Positions 49,955 through 63,149 of a stretch of 64,000 nt of DNA are shown piece by piece. Both the position numbers and the translations under genes were made by a program. Origin of the DNA: Callorhinchus milii (Eukaryota). The stretch is taken from positions 38,378,001 to 38,442,000 of the forward strand of contig NW_024704744.1 of NCBI RefSeq assembly GCF_018977255.1. The letters run 5' to 3'. A model generated the notes under the pieces. It was not told the DNA's origin and made no database searches. It saw only the letters and a program-made list of their open reading frames with translations. The first letter of the stretch is position 1. Each line of letters begins with the position of its first letter.

Positions 49955-50190
49955 TACAATACAAATTTACATGTAAATGGCACCTTTCACATTGGGAAGA
50001 TGTCCCATAGAGCTCAAAAGTACTGGCTGGGGACCCGAGCTGGGGATTGGAGCTGAGGGGTGGGGAAATATGACCAAAAGCAGTCAAGGAGGTAGATACA
50101 TACCTCCTTGACTGTAGAGCATATATTGTATTTTGAGACACACTTTAAACAAGGTGACAGAGAGAGTCGGAGAGGCTCTGGAATGAGTTC
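49955..50190 (-). mobile_element. L2 3' end fragment
   Basis: cacctttcacattgggaagatgtccca...gacccgagctgggg. Confidence 0.7.
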
Positions 50191-52657
50191 CACAGAATGG
50201 GTGGGGTTCTAATAACATATTAGCAAAAGATTGCTACAGTAAATGGCTTCAGCTAAGGTTAGCTTTGAACAGGCAAGTGCCACTACAAAGATGCCTGATG
50301 CTGTGATAAAGAAGCCACCTTCATGAGTCGAGTGGAATTCGAGTCCCACAGCAACACGGATTATAACCTTTCTGGAAGAAGATAAATCACAGATAAAGAC
50401 ACCATTAAGGAAGACTCACCCACTACTTTCTGTGAAAGGTTATTTATTTGTGCTCATCAAAGTGATGGGGGATGTCAGTGTTGGGGAATGCAACACTTTG
50501 CTACTTTTGGCACCAGTGTCAGTATCTAGTACTCCCAGGTCAGGTATAACATGGGCCAGACACAGGGCTTTTTTTTTTGCTTTTCTCCTACGATGCATTT
50601 TCCACCCTAAAAATATCACTGTTCCAGCTTATATTTTTCACTTTCCACATCAGGCATTTTTGAGTGAGGTTGGAGCATATATTGTAAATTTCTAGTAACG
50701 AGTGTGTATTTTAGGATAAGGGCAGTGATGTGTTTGCAACAATCAATGAGCCTGATAACACAGTTCTCTTGTAAACGCCAGAACAAATTCCAAAGAGGCT
50801 GGAAGACTGATGTGATGTCTCCAAGAGGAAGACCAGATGATAAAACAGAGAGCGGAAATTTAAGAGTAAAACTTTTGTCCAGCAAAAAGGTAATCAGCGC
50901 TTTGTCCTGCTCCATCAAAACAATGACAATAGGCCACTGAGTGAAGGACTTCATTGGTGGGAGGGGGTTGCTCCCAGTGTTGTTGAATCCATGTCACAAT
51001 CTCAACCGAACACATCTATAGACACTCAGATATCACAAAACCACTTCTACCTGGAATGGTGCCAAGGATTTAGTCTTATTCACATTGTAGGCTAAGAGAT
51101 TAATAGACTTTTAAACACATGGATTTACATTGTAGTCCTTTTCAAAATGAGGTTGTTGTATTTTAGCATTTCTTTTAATTGGTCATTTGTTTTTCTGCAC
51201 GAGTCATATTAGTGCAAATATTACAAATATTTATTTTGTCATTTACAACTTTACTACTTCTCCCACATATACAGCCTTAAATTCAAAGATCAACTAGAGA
51301 TATCACTGTTAAATTTCATGCGTGTTGAAAACATCCTTAAGGGATATGTTAATATCAAGTCATGAGGTGCAATTTCCATGCAATTTTGCCATTAGAACTA
51401 CCCATCTTCAAAGTTGTGACAAACTGAATACCACCATCTCATTTAAAAAGCAGCTTGATGCTCTGATGGGGGAGGAGGGTGGGGGTGTGTGGTGGTAAGC
51501 GACAGTATGGTGGGTGTTCTGGAAAGATGAGATCAGATGGACCGAAGGGCCTTTATCATCAAAACCAATCTTGTATCCCTCTTGGCAAGACATATTGTTA
51601 ATGTACTAGAGATTAAACCTTTGCCAAAAATCCACAGTTGTTGGCTCTTTCAGGCACGGTATAAAATGTTTTTTGAAACAGCTTTTTTGATCAAGTTATT
51701 GATATATCCAAAACATGAAAGATTCAATACCATTATTTTCTGTTTAAACTCACAGCTCTTTTCCATACAATAATCCCTGCGAGCAAAAAATCTGTGCAGC
51801 TCTGCTTTTCTCCCCACTCAAGAATAGAATAAGTGAGCAGCATAACTGTGACATTAGACATTACTGTTGAACAAATACTTGATATTGCACTGCTTGATGC
51901 TGTGTAACCATTGTTACAACTCAGCAAAAAAAGATCATTTTAACATGGAATGTTTCCGGCACAAGACCAACATAAAGGTCCTTCCTGCATTTGCCAAATA
52001 TAATCCCCGTGACATAAACCTTAATGTAATTCCTCAATGTACACAAATGGCAAACCTTCAAAATTCAGATAAGTATGTTATTAACACAACCCCATATTTT
52101 GGGGTTTCACTGGACACAATGTTTGTTCAACAACCCAATGGACTCAAAGATGTCAATGAATACATTACTCAGTCAGATCTGCTTATGACAAATAGTAAAT
52201 TCAACAGGATCTTAAAATGCATCTTTGCAGATTTTATTTTACCCATTTTATAGCAAAACACCTCCAATTCCTTTAACAACCTCTCTTGGTGCAAAGTACC
52301 TTGGTAAAGTAAACAAAGTAGCAAATAAAATTACAATGAGAAGCCTGCAAAATACACTGACAAACACGATTGATGGAACAGTTCATCTTTCTTTTTTAAT
52401 AAAAATGGTCAAATGTTGTTTCGACCAGATGGCTTGCTTTTGTAATGCTTTCTAGTCAGATGCATTATTTTGTATGCTCTAATGGCTAAAGGTCAATTGG
52501 CAAGGTTAATTTTTGCATATTTATGAGTACATTTCTTCTGTTCAAATCACTGCCAATTGCATTAACTATTCCTCTAGCATGCCCCCTGCTGAAAATGTTA
52601 ATCACCATCAGAATTGTCAGCACACCACCTTCAATATACTGAACCATCAGTTATCTA

Positions 52658-52704
52658 GCACGCACGCACGCACGCGCGTGCGCACACACACACACACACA
52701 CACA
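52658..52704. repeat. (GCAC)n/(CA)n microsatellite
   Basis: Direct read. Confidence 0.85.
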
Positions 52705-55384
52705 ACCCCACCCCCCAAAAAGATGCCTTTCCCTAGCTTCACAAAAGATGACAAAGGCAGCAGAATGCCAAAGGGACCACAAAAATATCAAATCATCTAA
52801 CAACAGATTTTAAAAACATTAAGTTTTGCCTTGATCATTGTAATTTTTTTAGGGTGAACAATTACATTTTATTTCCGATATTTATTTTAGATTCATATTT
52901 TCCAGTACTCTCACTTGGCTATTTCCTTAATCTTCTATTTTTTTATAAGCTCCTCTCATTTTCCCTTTATTCTATTCACTGTGGTTCTCCTTTGTTTAGA
53001 AGCCTCCTCTATTTCTTCCTGAGATTTAACTCACATATTACAAATTGCTGGTAGGTCCAATCCAGACTTTGGCTTTCTTACTTACTATTACTCAGAATTA
53101 AAGACTGCCGCAATGAATAATTTTTAATAGATGCCATAAGGCCTCTTAATTCACATCGGTATAATATAGCGCAGTAAAAACAGACTCACCAATCTAGTTC
53201 CTGCTCTGCCTAATGAGTCAGATGAAGGGTGAGGAAGGTAATACACAGGCCAAACAAAGTCAAACAGATATCTGCGGAACGGTTTGAATTAAAGAATCGG
53301 GACATTGTGCTAAAATTCAGTGTACGCTCCCCCCCCCACACTCTTTCTATTTGGGTCAATTATTCAGGGGTACTTTAGATATTTAGCACATTGAAACTCT
53401 GGAGTGAGAAGTCCCCTTAAACAATATTTTGAATGCAATGTCCATGTTGCTAGACACACAGTGTTGTACTTCCAGCTCGCAGTTTGCAGCTTTTGACTGT
53501 CAGTTAACGACACAACAGTGACCTCTTCCCCTTAGTAAAAAGATGATATCCTTCTAACGAACATCAAAGCCACGATAGCAAGCCAGAAGTCCAACACCAT
53601 GTCTCAATTCAGGGATGTATCATTTGAGAACAACATCATTGGGGTGGAGTGGGAGGCGGGGGGGGGGGGGGGGGAGAAGATACAACTTCCACATATTTGA
53701 TGTGATGATCACCGAAATGACCCAGTGTCAATTTCTGGTATTCCCTCAATGAAGGTTATGGTGAGCATTTACAGGAAATATTACCTGCCAAAAGAAGCTG
53801 CTTGTTCCAAAAGGTGAAGCAAAACTTCAGGGAATCAGTTCATCGCACCACACTCCCATCTGTAGACTCATTTTCAACTTGAAGATTATCTTTAATAAGT
53901 TAACTTAATGTTATTAATTTCACCTTCCATTCAGGTGAGCTTCTCCTACAAGACTAGCCTGACCAAAATATCCATATCAACTGCTGGAAAGGCAATATCC
54001 ATCTGGCATTGTATTCCTACAATGAAGTAGCCCACAAGGTAACTGCATTCATTAATGATAATATGTACCCAAGCCATGTCAATATAGTACTGCAGCCAAG
54101 CACCTAACAGAAAGCAATGGAAGATCACGCTGCTGTCTGGACTGTTTAGGATCAATTTATCTTTTAAGTGATAACCCTTACATTTGATATAGCACCTTTT
54201 ACAATATTAGGAGGACTTTCTCTGAGATTGCCTCAATATTTCTTTCCTCCTCTCCAAATGAGGGAGATCCTTGGGAATGGTTCCATGAGTCCCAGAGCCT
54301 TCCAATACTTTTTGTAGGTACTTTAAATCAGTGAGTCAAGGCAGTGAACTTGGCAAATTATTTACCGTACATTTTCATCAGCCCTCACACTTTCTCGGGA
54401 CACAAGTGCTCTTTCCAGCAGGGATCATTAAATAACAATCAGGAAAAACTCTGGCAGATTCTCCCCCTATCCACTGATATTGAGCCTTTCACATTGGGAC
54501 GTCTCAAAAACGCTTCGTAGAATACTGCCCTTTACATCCAAATGTCTTAAAATGCTTCAAATAATCTCCTGAAAAGCGTAATGTAAACAATATCCTTTTT
54601 ACATTAAAGCACTAATTTCGGATTGCTTATGCAGTTGCACATTCAGTCATGTATAGTTTGGTAAACCTTAACCTATTATCTCCCTTCCTCCTTTAGTTAA
54701 GTCACCACTTCCATGCCGACATCCTCAGTTAAGAGAAAACTCAAAAAGCTGCAGATCCTCAGTTAAGAGATGGGACAACCTAGCCCAGATATATCCATGC
54801 ATGTCATCAATGCTGCTCCCACTGATCTGTCCGCCAGCAGTGCAAGAAGGAATCTGCTGTTCCCTCCTCTTTCGCCAGATGATCTGGATAACTGGGGAAA
54901 CTGGTCTTCTACAGGAAGACTAATTGTCAATGTGCTTTGAACTGGATCTCTGAGGTCACAGTACAAAGTACCACTGTAGTTCTGTGGGATAGCCTCTCAC
55001 TGGAGCTTGACACTTGGGTAACAATTCAGTGCATATTGAGACATCTATATTTGAGGACATATTATGTTTGAAATGTTAGTCTTTAGAGAGCTGTAGAATA
55101 GATGATGCAGGGAGATTAGCCTAACTTTAGCTCTACTGAGGTGAGAGGTTTCATTTTAAAAAAGACCTATATTCCTGATCCTTGGGAAACAGGAATAAGG
55201 AGGCCATTGAGCCTGTTCCATCATTATTACGGCCTTGCAGATTTCTAAATCCCAATGTGATTTAATTCAATGTGTAAAGCTTTATAAAAACACTAAACTT
55301 CTGACAATATTAATTTTTTTAAAATTGCAACACTTCTGAAAAGCTGAATCCTTTCACCTCACAGTCAAAGCAATGGGTTCAGGA

Positions 55385-55890
55385 GAGGAAAAATGATGGC
55401 CAAAAGTCCAATCAAAACGGAAGGTTTGGAGGCGGACCTTGACGGAGCAAGTCAAAGGGATTCAAGGATGGAGTTCGAGAGTCAGGGGGCAGATACTTAT
55501 AGAAACCTAGTCTTCAGATTTTTAACATCCCAATTCATTTCAGTTAGTGATAGGATTCAAGGTTAATTGTCCAGATTTCAACTAAATAGAGTTCAACTAA
55601 TTAGCAGTCTTAGAGTTTTCACCTAAAGTTTGGGTGGCAGCAGGGTGGGGGGCGGGGTGATGGCCAAAAGCATGGTCAAAAAGGTTTGGAGGCAGATCTT
55701 GAAGGAGCAGGTCAAAGGGACACCAGGATGGAGTTCCAGTGTGGGAGCTGATAAACCAAAAGCCTGGTGGTGACATAGAGTATATGTGAAGCAGACGCTA
55801 AGCGAAGGGAGTGACCAGATTGGTAGGGTTTGAGGGGGTTGCAGAGGGTGGAGCAAGACCATGGGAGCATCTAAAAGTTAGGACAAGGAT
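55385..55890 (-). mobile_element. Two tandem L2 3' fragments (about 55385-55495 and 55610-55890)
   Basis: Both carry aaggtttggaggc.gaycttga.ggagca.gtcaaaggga..aggatggagtt and match the L2 at 10740-10850 in reverse. Confidence 0.7.
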
Positions 55891-56320
55891 CATTTGTATC
55901 ATGAGATTTTGTGTCAACTGTATACATCAACTAAATGAAGAGATTTACAGTTAAATAGAACACATGGTGGTCATAGAACAAAGAAATAAATACGTTTCAG
56001 AAATGCTTTATTTTTGCTACCTCTTCAATTGTTCACTGGCACCATTTTGCACTATTATTTTTAAATACAACTTTAGCTGAAAGGTCTGCAGCAAATCTGT
56101 AACCCATTAGTGTTGCTTCTTAATTTGCCTCCATCACTGCTAAAACCTAATACGTTTTCCTTAACACATCCTGATATTGAAATCTTGGCTGAATTTATAA
56201 TATTGATCCAAAAAGATTAAATTATCAGAAACAGAAAACGGTACTGTGTAAGACTCATGTTAAGTTTGAATATTGCACGAAGTTTGGAGTTTTTAAATAT
56301 AGCTTTACATAATGATTGAA

Positions 56321-56806
56321 CTCATTGATCAACTTAGAAGTGTAATTTCTACACTGTTGAATGGTTTTGGTTTCATGTTACCTAATAGCTCAATGTAGAA
56401 AGGAATTCATTATCATGTTGTTTTGAATTACAGGTGCCACACGAATCAGTTGTCAATTTCACCAATCGACAATGCAATTACGCAGCTATGAAACAAAGAG
56501 GTGAAGAAAAGAAGCAAAAACAAAGTAAATATTCATAATTGGTTCTTCATAGCAATGCTGCACTTTTCTTACAATGCAAAAGAACGAATATAGATTTTGA
56601 CCTCGATTACGCTGTACATATCAAGTTTCACGATACTTTCATTTATACAAGTGAATAAACTAATGTGACAGTTATATGAGGTAAAGCTGCCACTTCTAAG
56701 CACTTGTTTTCAATCTCATTGACCAACTTGCAGGTGTAATTTCTAGGCTATTGAATGTTCTTGGTTTTATGTTACCTAACAGCTCAAAATAAAAAGGAAT
56801 TCATTA
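56321..56806. repeat. 92-bp direct repeat (56321-56412 and 56715-56806)
   Basis: Ungapped alignment by eye, about 14 mismatches. Confidence 0.85.
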
Positions 56807-57678
56807 GTGGTGCCTTTTCTATTGTATATTCTCACTTCAGGGCAATGTCCTTGCCTGGCTCAGACTTAGTTGATGTGAAACTTCACACTCTCAGACCACT
56901 AAGTAGAAAATCTGTCTAATCTTTCCTCCAGTTCAAAAGGGGGTTATCCCTCTTTCAGCCAACAGATAGATGGCTCAGATCAGAGAGTTCAGGGAGACAC
57001 TTAGCCACTCTGTCAAAAGCTCATTTTCTAACTGATCATGATAAACTGATAACAATGCTTTTCTGGATCCTTATACAAGTCTTTATCACAAGATCACAAG
57101 ATTAGTTTGGAGGAAACCAACCCTTCGGTTCATTTGATCTCATCCTTCCAGAACCCCCCAATGCAAAAATATCCAGTCAAATGCATGTGTGTCACCATAA
57201 GTATTCCCAATCATCAATGCCTCAACTACACATGATCTTTCTGCTTTGTCCTTGGCCAGTCAGCCCCATCTTAAATAAAATAATCTAAAAATGTGCTTGT
57301 TTGTGCTACCTTTGTTTTCTTTAAGGGTTTCTAATCTTATCTTCTAAAGATTAGTGACTATCTTAACCCTGCTCTCTGGGAATTTTCAATTCAAAATTCA
57401 AAGGCCAATTCCTTATTTCTATTTGGAAAGGGAACTTTCAGAATATCAACAGGGTATCTCTCCTGCCCAAAGGTGCATACCGATAGCTGTCCAGGGAGAC
57501 CAAGCTATGCACTTTGTTAAGTTGATTATCTGTCACATTCCCCAATTATATTAGATCTTAAAATATTTGTTTATTGGCACAGGTATCCATGCTGCTGGGT
57601 TCTGAGTGGACTCCATTAGTTGTCTTTCAACCTCTATCCCCTTTGATTGGCAAGAATTCCCACTATGCCAGGTTTCTT

Positions 57679-58214
57679 CCTTATTTAAAAAAGGACAAAC
57701 TTGCCTTAGAGGGGGTGCAGCTTAGATTCATTAGGTTAGTTCCTGGGATGAGGGGACTGACCTATGAGGATAGGCTGAATAAACTAGGGCTATATTCTCT
57801 AGAGTACAGAAAAATTAGTGGAGATCTTATTGAAACATATAAGATACTAAAAGGGCTGGATAAAGTAGACACTGAGGGACTGTTTCCCCTGGTAGGAGAA
57901 TCTATAACCAGGGGTCACAGTCTTAAAATTAAGGGTCAGCCTTTTAGAACAGAGTTGAGGAAACATCTCTTCACTCAGAGGATAGTGAATTTATGGAATT
58001 CACTACCCCAGAAGGCTGTAGATGCTCAGTCCTTGAACATCTTCAAGGCTGAGACTGATAGATTTTTAAAAAACGGAGGGATTAGGGGATATGGGGATAG
58101 GGCAGGTAATTAGAGTAAGGTCTGAAGATCAGCCATGATCTTATCGAACGGCGGGGCAGGCTCATGGGGCCGAATGGCCTACTCCTGCTCCTAATTCTTA
58201 TGTTCTTATGTTCT
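57679..58214 (+). mobile_element. Young CR1 (HER1-like) LINE 3' end
   Basis: PYLKKDKLALEGVQLRFIRLVPGMRGLTYEDRLNKLGLYSLE...TRGHSLKI...FTQRIVNLWNSLP; 3' UTR gatcagccatgatc...gaatggcctactcctgctcct; (ttcttatg)n tail. Confidence 0.95.
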
Positions 58215-58710
58215 TTCTATACAATTAGGTTCCTTTACAGATTCATGTTCAGCCTCCCAGACTGGCAACCTATTAAGAATAGATATTTAATTCCATTTAA
58301 CATTACATTCAATATTTATCACATCAAACCTGCCCTGGTGTGCCAAAGGTAGACCTTCCAAAGTCGTTCAATTGGAAAGCCAGCATTACAGCATTCAATT
58401 TTGGGCTTTCGATTTCAACTTCCAGATAGCAGGACAGCAAACACTAAACTAATAGAGCTTAATTTTTGGTTTAGTTATAGCTCTTCACTAACTATAGTAA
58501 AACTCAAATAAGTTATATCAATCAGGTCCATAACATTTAATATGACTTATAAGTAAACTTGCGTAAATCATATAAAATCTGATTTAATCAATAATCTTTT
58601 GTGCATGCGTACTTGAATACAGCCAGTAGGTGCACATGCATCGACAAGTCAGGTCTTCATTTCCTATGCTTGTATCAAACTGAACACTGAATATGTGTAC
58701 TTCAATGCTG

Positions 58711-59274
58711 CAACATCGCCCACCTCGATCACTACTTCAAACCCAACGCGCTGAAACCCTCCTGCACATCGGCCTCCGCAGCTCCATTCAACAAAAGCTG
58801 CAGATCATATGGAACTCTGCAGTCCACATCCTTTCCCCCACTAGGGTCTACAACCTCATCACCCCAATGCCCTTCCTTGTTCCACTGATCCTTATGCCCC
58901 TGGTTTCTCATCCCCTATGAATCAACTTTAAAGTTCCCATCCCAACCTTCAAATGCCTCCATGTCCTTGCCCCACTGTACCTCTGCAACCTCTTACAATC
59001 CTCCACCCAGCCACACCTTCCACTCTGACAAGTCTTGCCTGCTTCATGTCCCACCCAACCAATGCTTTTGGGCACTTTGCTTCCCTCTATGGAACTCGCT
59101 TCAAACAAGTTCCACTTCATCCCTCCTCTCTCTGCTTTCAAAACTCACCTAAAGACCAATATCTGCCTTAGACCTTTGCTACCCTCCCTCCATTCCTCCA
59201 CCCCTTCCAGCTCAATCTCCCACCCTATGTAGTACACCTGAAAGGAGCTATACAAGTGAAAACTGTTGTTGTTG
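58711..59274 (+). mobile_element. L2 3' fragment, old
   Basis: QKLQIIWNSAVHILSPTRVYNLITP; tail ...tgaaaggagctatacaagtgaaaac(tgt)n. Confidence 0.8.
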
Positions 59275-59847
59275 CAAAATGCCAAGTCAACAATGTTGAG
59301 AATCAGAAAAAAAATCAATCTAAATGGTGAGAATTTCACATTTGTTCTTGTATCACATACTACTGCTGAACTAACAACTTGCAGTTGGAGATACATCTTT
59401 CACATCGGATGAATTGGTAACCAATCAAATGGTAACTGAGAAAAAGGTACAATATCAGCAGTTTTGATACAAGTTGCAATTGAAGATTTACGATGTATAT
59501 ATTATATATTTATGTAAAAAGACAAATTTTATCAAATCACCTGGAAGTGAATGACTGAGGCATACCTCGAGACGTCATTTAGAGTGATACATTAAGTTTA
59601 GCTGAGAAGGAGTCAAAAGTAAAACTATATCATGTTTCAAAAGTATGTTCAAAATGAGGCTGTCTATATAACCAGGATGGGAATAAAATACACTACAGGA
59701 AAAAGATGAATCATTGAAGTATCCCTGGAGTTACTTTTTCTTAAGAGAGTATGGAAATATCCAATCAGAATTTGGAGGGTAAACAAATGGGGAACATTGA
59801 TTAAATGTATTCTTTGTTCAGTCTGGGAATCAGCATGTACACAAATG

Positions 59848-60145
59848 ATAATAATAATAATAATCCTTGCATTTGATATAGCGCCTTATTACGTCTTTGA
59901 GACATCTCAAAACACTTTCACAGAATATACTGTAAAGTGAATTGACTGTATATTTTGTGGGCGAACTGCAGCAGCCACACACATCAGTGTTCCAGAAACA
60001 GTTATGGATTGAATGACCAATTTATTATTTTTTTAAAGAAATTATTACGCCCAGAAAAGTGATCTGCCAGTCGACTAACAATCGGGTTTCTACATACATT
60101 CTAGGTAAACAGAGGTTTTGGAGTAAGAAAAGTTGCCCAACATTT
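59848..60145 (-). mobile_element. SINE, long subfamily, 5'-truncated, about 35 bp from the exon donor
   Basis: Contains the extra internal segment also seen at 19145-19501; (att)n tail. Confidence 0.9.
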
Positions 60146-60178
60146 TACAAAGTAAAAGTTATAAATAGTGCCACTTAC

Positions 60179-60363
60179 CGATCTCCCTTTGGCTTCCGTT
60201 TTTGCACCGTCTTCCCTTTAGGCCGCCTCTCACTGCCTAAACAAGGGGCACCTCCTGGGCCTGTCACCCGTATTGACTCCAGGCCTTTGGAAGATTTCTT
60301 AAAAGTGAATTCCACGGGCTCTCCTTCTTTCAAACTCCTGAATCCTTCCATGTAAAGTTTGCT
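60179..60363 (-). CDS. LIN28B: LIN28B internal coding exon (equivalent to human exon 3): C-terminal half of cold-shock domain plus basic linker/nucleolar localisation signal
   Basis: Translates SKLYMEGFRSLKEGEPVEFTFKKSSKGLESIRVTGPGGAPCLGSERRPKGKTVQKRKPKGD(R). Residues EPVEF, KSSKG, PCLGS and QKRKPK match LIN28B rather than LIN28A. Acceptor ...ttttgcatctacAG at 60365-60364; donor GTAAGT from 60178; 185 nt, ends in phase 2 (CG). Confidence 0.97.
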
Positions 60364-61349
60364 CTGTAGATGCAAAAGCAGAAAGGGAACTCACTGCAGT
60401 TAAATCATGACTGAAATAAATGTGCTTTAAATAAGTTTTTTTTTAAAAATCAGTGTTGTTAGTACTAAGACTAAATATTTGTTATTTGTTTATTTTACTA
60501 ATCTCCATTTTTACCATGTGTATTAAAGGATTAAATAGTTGGCTGGCAAACAAAATTAGGTCAGTACAATAACTCATTGTACTCATTCTACTGCTTAACA
60601 ATTCCTATCCTAAAAAGTTACCACTCTTTAGATCCTCTGTTTTTGCCAGAATGAAGGATTTTGGAGTGATCTTTATACATCTGTTGCACATTGCAATTTT
60701 AATAACATTTGGTAACATTGCACATCTACTTTGATTATAATAATGTTATTTTTCAAATTAGACCTGCCAATTTTCAAGTTGAATGCCTTTAATACATTTA
60801 TTATACCGGCAGGCCAAATTTTGCTTATGTGGCCACATTGCGAAATACACTTGTAAAATATGCATGTAGAATAGCCCTCAGGTGTTGCACACAGACTACT
60901 TTGCACTTTAGTATTAGTATTATTGCTTCTTATTTTAGAAGCTCCCAATCTTAAAATTTCACAATTGCATTTTGGTCAACTTATTCACCATTTAATAATA
61001 AACACCTGAATTGCATAAGTTGCAAGGATTGAAAAAGCTCCAGTGTTATGATTAAGTGCAGTTATTGGTAGTCATTTATTGTCATTGCACTCCTTGCTTT
61101 AAGGCTAACTCAAACAAGCAATAAACGTTTATTAAAGCTACGGTTTTAGGTTGCGTTTTGCAGAAAGTCTGTCCTGCTGCAACTCCATGCAGTTAAGCAC
61201 CGATTAGTATGAATTAGGTCATGAAAAGTGAAATCCTAAGCAGAACGGCATTGTTCGACTAAATTATACAGAAAACTATCTTCAATCATCAGAGATTTTA
61301 TAGAGCATGATGCTGTTTCCTTATTCTGGTTGGTTTATAATTAGAAGCC

Positions 61350-61480
61350 TCTTGGCTGTTTGGGGATCTTGCTGGCATGAATGACTGCTGCGTTTGCCTA
61401 CAAAAACAATCATTACACTTGCCAGCAATGATCTGTGAAGTGCTTGGAGACATTTTGACCTGATAATGCACTATAAAAGT
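61350..61480 (+). mobile_element. Old SINE 3' fragment
   Basis: ggctgtttggggatcttgctg...ctgctgcgtttgcctac...tgtgaagtgcttggagaca. Confidence 0.65.
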
Positions 61481-62899
61481 GAAAGCACTTTGTTTCTTTA
61501 GGAAGTTTTATGCAAGGTACAATGATGGATATGTTTATTATTCTCATAAATAACATTTTAAAAATCAAGTTAAAATCAACAGTAGATTTGTTTTAATTTT
61601 TTTGTGCAGTTATACCAACTTTCGAATTTGAACTTAAAAGCCCCCACAACTTTCAATTGTGTGGAACATTCACAATTTATTTAATGCGAGGGAATCTGTG
61701 GAGTAAGGAAACACCAGACTCCCTCTAAATTTGCCACTGCGGATGGCTTACATCACAATAGCTGTTCCTACAAATAGTGTATCTCACACACAACTGTATC
61801 CCACAACAGTAGAAAAATCTATTCATGGAATTCAATTTTAAAACCTCAATTAGCTGTAGATCAGGATGCAAAAAAGGTAATCTGCACCCCAACAAAACAT
61901 TGTATATAACTGAAACCTGCATCACAGTCTCACCTAACGTGTGACAAATTGAAAGTTTCAACAGGGTTAAGAGCAAAGCACCCAAGAAATCAAAACACTT
62001 ATTCTGATAAAGAATATCTGTGATCAAGGAGATGAATATGGGCTCATTAGAATTGGAAATGTATGCAAACAGGGACTGTCCCCAATACCCAAGTAGGTAA
62101 ATGTACCGTGTCATGAAAGCCCCAAGATCAAGCCCTGCTCCCTGCTATCGAACTCAGGGAAGCTGAAAGGGCACCACAATTGGACTCCGCATCTCTGCGC
62201 TAGAGAAAGGAAAGAATTCAGCTCAGGTTCTCAGCCTTATCTGCGTCCAGTGACATCTGCTAAAAAGTGATTGTGTGCAGACATCATTGAGGACAAAGTT
62301 GGGCTCAGCTGTGATGATCTCCAATCAAATTGCCTGGCTACATTCGCTGTCTCGTTCCACACAACAATAATGACCATTTGGGTGAGTTGCTGGAGGAATA
62401 ATGGCTATTTGGGGTAGATAATGTTGGGCTGCTGACGCCTGTGGGACTGAGGGTCCAGCATTAGTTAGAGCCTTCATGAGACGAAGGGATCACATTGGAA
62501 AACATAAAAGTACACTGACGTATGAAACATGGAATCAAACTACATAGTTCTATCTTCCAAAGGGTCCATATTAACCACCAGCATCATTATTAATGGCTGA
62601 CACAGCCAATGATAATTAAGTCAATAAACAAGAAATGCTATTTCTGGTACTGTGGCCTTAACAAGAATGCTTTCAGCTGCTGGGGCTTATTATGCTAATT
62701 GTTGGATACAGGCAAGTCTTTCCTTGCTTACAAATTGGGTGAAATTCTTGATGACAAGATGCTGCAGGGCAAGGACGCCAGATCTATCTGGACATCGGTC
62801 GTAGTGAAAATTCTGAGCGTATTTTACAGGATGTTCTCAGTTTCCATCCAAATAGCACAGACTATTTTGGAGCAGACAGCATTGATTGTTGAGGAATAG

Positions 62900-63011
62900 A
62901 TAATAATAATCCTTGCATTTGATATAGCACCTTATACGTCTTTGAGACATCTTAAAGTGCTTCACAGAATACACTGTAAGGAGAATTGACTGTATATTTT
63001 GTGGGCGAAAC
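62900..63011 (-). mobile_element. SINE 3' fragment
   Basis: ataataataatccttgcatttgatatagcac...gtgggcgaaac. Confidence 0.85.
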
Positions 63012-63149
63012 ATCATGACTTAACAAATGTACAGGGATCTTAAGGGAGTAACTAAGCAACCAACAAACAAAACAACAATTTGCATTTACATAGCACCTTT
63101 CATTCAGTATAGTGTCTCAGAGTACTGAAACTTGTAACTGAGACCTATC

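Larger units (their letters stand above)
48420..50570. repeat. Long inverted repeat: arms about 48420-48748 and 50241-50570
   Basis: Collinear reverse-complement blocks, e.g. aatcacagat..taaggaagactca..actactttctgtgaaa..tatttatttgtg and aatgcaacactttgcta..gtcaggtataacatgg. Confidence 0.85.
9343..60178 (-). other. LIN28B: LIN28B last intron, GT-AG, phase 2, 50,836 bp
   Basis: Canonical donor and acceptor join KGD-R-CYNC exactly as in vertebrate LIN28B. Confidence 0.93.

Noticed and set aside
54721-54770. 16-bp direct repeat atcctcagttaagaga (and the 18-bp repeat at 12051-12096)
   Set aside because: Two copies only; ordinary micro-duplications, not an array or CRISPR.
57574-58113. 179-aa ORF
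   Set aside because: Chance upstream frame fused to CR1 ORF2 C-terminus.
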